Below are positions 62,354 to 64,000 of a DNA stretch of 64,000 nucleotides, piece after piece (position 1 is the stretch's first letter; the number at the start of each line of letters is the position of its first letter). The notes below the pieces were generated by a model. The model did no database searches, had not been told where the DNA came from, and saw only the letters and a program-made list of their open reading frames with translations. The DNA comes from Candidatus Levybacteria bacterium RIFCSPHIGHO2_01_FULL_41_15 (GTDB lineage: Bacteria > Patescibacteriota > Microgenomatia > Levybacterales > UBA12049): contig MFNV01000009.1 in NCBI GenBank assembly GCA_001782165.1, positions 56,123-120,122 of the forward strand. Direction: 5' to 3'. Position numbers and translations under genes: made by a program.

Positions 62354-63115
62354 ATGAAACGGGAAAATCTGAAAGTAGAAAAAAGAAAAGTCTTAGGTAA
62401 AAAGGTTAAGAAACTTCGAAAAGAAGGAATTCTTCCTGCAAATATTTATGGCAGGGGCTTTAAGTCTTTATCTGTTCAGGTTCCGGTAAAAGAATTTGGA
62501 AAAGTCTTTGGAGAAGCCGGAGAAACAGGGCTTGTTGACCTTCAGGTTGATAGCCAGACAATTCCTGTTCTCATTCATAACGTTCAAACTGATTACCTTG
62601 GCAATCCGCTTCATACAGACTTCTATAAAGTGAATCTTAAGGAAAAAGTCAAAACAATGGTGCCTATAGAAATTGTTGACGAGCCAAAAGCAGTTGTCGA
62701 TAAGGTGGGACTTTTAATTAAGATCTTAAACGAGGTTGAGGTTGAAGCTCTTCCTGCAGAACTTCCTGAAAAAATTGAAGTGAATGTTGAAAATCTTGCA
62801 AATGTTGATGATCAGATTACAGTTGGCGATTTAAAAACGCTGGAAGGTGTTGCTATTTTAACCGACCCTTCGCAAGTTATTGTAAAAATCGAAGAATTAG
62901 TTTCAAAAGAAGCAGAGGAACTCGCAAAAGAGGAGGCTGCCGCAGCTGAAGAGGCTAAAGCAGAGAAAGCTGCCGAGGCAGGCGAAGTACCTGTGGAAGG
63001 CATCGAAGGAGAAGCTCCGGCAGAAGAAGCAAAGACCGAAGAAAAACCCGAGGACCTGTCTGCCGACAAGGCAGGAAAGAAAGACTCGGCAGCTGAACCA
63101 AAACCTGAAGGATAA
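62354..63115 (+). CDS. rplY: 50S ribosomal protein L25/CTC
   Basis: LRKEGILPANIYG and H.DFY motifs; acidic tail. Confidence 0.95.
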   Translation: MKRENLKVEKRKVLGKKVKKLRKEGILPANIYGRGFKSLSVQVPVKEFGKVFGEAGETGLVDLQVDSQTIPVLIHNVQTDYLGNPLHTDFYKVNLKEKVKTMVPIEIVDEPKAVVDKVGLLIKILNEVEVEALPAELPEKIEVNVENLANVDDQITVGDLKTLEGVAILTDPSQVIVKIEELVSKEAEELAKEEAAAAEEAKAEKAAEAGEVPVEGIEGEAPAEEAKTEEKPEDLSADKAGKKDSAAEPKPEG

Positions 63116-63122
63116 AACCCCT

Positions 63123-63824
63123 ATGACACTTATAGAGGCAAGGAAACAAACTCCAAAAGAAGCTGACTTGGGACACAGACAAACTCCTCTTGATCAAGTC
63201 TTTAGCACTGTTTGCCAACAATTTGATCTTAAACTTACACAGGGAGATTTACTGGGATCTGTTAATAATCCCGACGCAAATATGGGCCGTTCAATTGTGA
63301 TCTCTCTTTTGTTAAAGTCAGGCGTAGTTCCATACAATATTAGTCTTTTGTTTCACAACATCAAACTCGACGCTATTAAAGATCTAAACCAAAGAATAGG
63401 TGAACTTGAGCAAGCTTACCCTGGATTCAGAGATGTCATGCACAGTCTGGGAGATACTATTGATGTTTTAAGAGAAAGAAGAAATGTCGCGAAGATACAA
63501 CAACAGATTAGGACGGTATCGGAAAGATTCACGGCAAGCCCAGATGGATTTTATAAGAGGGGTAGAATATTACCCCCAACAGAAATCCAAATTGCTATCT
63601 ACCTTGCAAACCAAGCAGGATTATCTATTAAAGAAGTATGTGTTGTCTTGGAAATCAAAGATGAAGGAACAGTAAAACACAGCCTTGTAAGAGTGGCACA
63701 ACAACTCTCAAGGGATCCGGAATTTAAGGAGGAACTAACAGATGCAGAGGATAAAGTAGATGCAATAAGAGCAAAAAGAGAGCTTCAGCAGGCAATATCC
63801 CAAAGAATATCTAGGGGTTACTAA
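63123..63824 (+). CDS. Protein with tandem DnaA domain IV-like HTH repeats
   Basis: QIAIYLA...LSIKEV...KDEGTVKHS..RV.Q....DPEFKEEL resembles the DnaA C-terminal domain; a weaker copy in the N-terminal half. Confidence 0.6.
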   Translation: MTLIEARKQTPKEADLGHRQTPLDQVFSTVCQQFDLKLTQGDLLGSVNNPDANMGRSIVISLLLKSGVVPYNISLLFHNIKLDAIKDLNQRIGELEQAYPGFRDVMHSLGDTIDVLRERRNVAKIQQQIRTVSERFTASPDGFYKRGRILPPTEIQIAIYLANQAGLSIKEVCVVLEIKDEGTVKHSLVRVAQQLSRDPEFKEELTDAEDKVDAIRAKRELQQAISQRISRGY

Positions 63825-63826
63825 CT

Positions 63827-64000
63827 CTAATATCTATATAATATCTTTTCAAGTTTTCTTCCCTCTCTAAAATTTGGATCTATCTGTAAGGTTTTTTCTA
63901 AATATTTTTCTGCTTTATCAAAATTTTTAAGCTGGTGGTTTAGAAGGGCAAGCTTAAAATATGCGTCCCTGTAATTTGGGTAGTTTATTAATGATGATTC
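63827..64000 (-). CDS. TPR-containing protein, 3' end
   Basis: PNYRDAYFKLALLNHQLKNFDKAEKYLEKTLQIDPN. Confidence 0.75.
   Translation of the reverse strand, partial: ESSLINYPNYRDAYFKLALLNHQLKNFDKAEKYLEKTLQIDPNFREGRKLEKILYRY

Overview
A 64 kb AT-rich chromosomal window. Gene content, CPR-type pilin and pervasive leaderless promoters suggest a Patescibacteria/CPR genome, probably Microgenomates (inference). The backbone carries hrcA-grpE-dnaK-dnaJ, metG, tatD, groES-groEL, lepA, murJ, rpsT, tpiA, pcrA, dnaG-rpoD, guaB, comM, ruvCAB, rplY and tRNA-Asn, plus several GT-C glycosyltransferases and many small accessory genes including sodN/sodX. The main feature is a complete diversity-generating retroelement (DGR) at 16886-19658: RT, avd, TR and a target gene whose VR differs from the TR at 15 of 127 nt, all at TR adenines. 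Three properties are unusual. (1) avd is antisense to the rest of the element and is frameshifted by a (GGACA)7 microsatellite; 5 or 8 units would restore the frame, suggesting a phase-variable switch on hypermutation. (2) The cassette lies between perfect 18-bp direct repeats containing the groES -35 box, with no integrase in it. (3) The VR is strongly skewed to Asn->Tyr. Other accessory genes are also flanked by short promoter or start-codon direct repeats. Palindromic and 7-bp-period repeats are inserted in frame into core genes.
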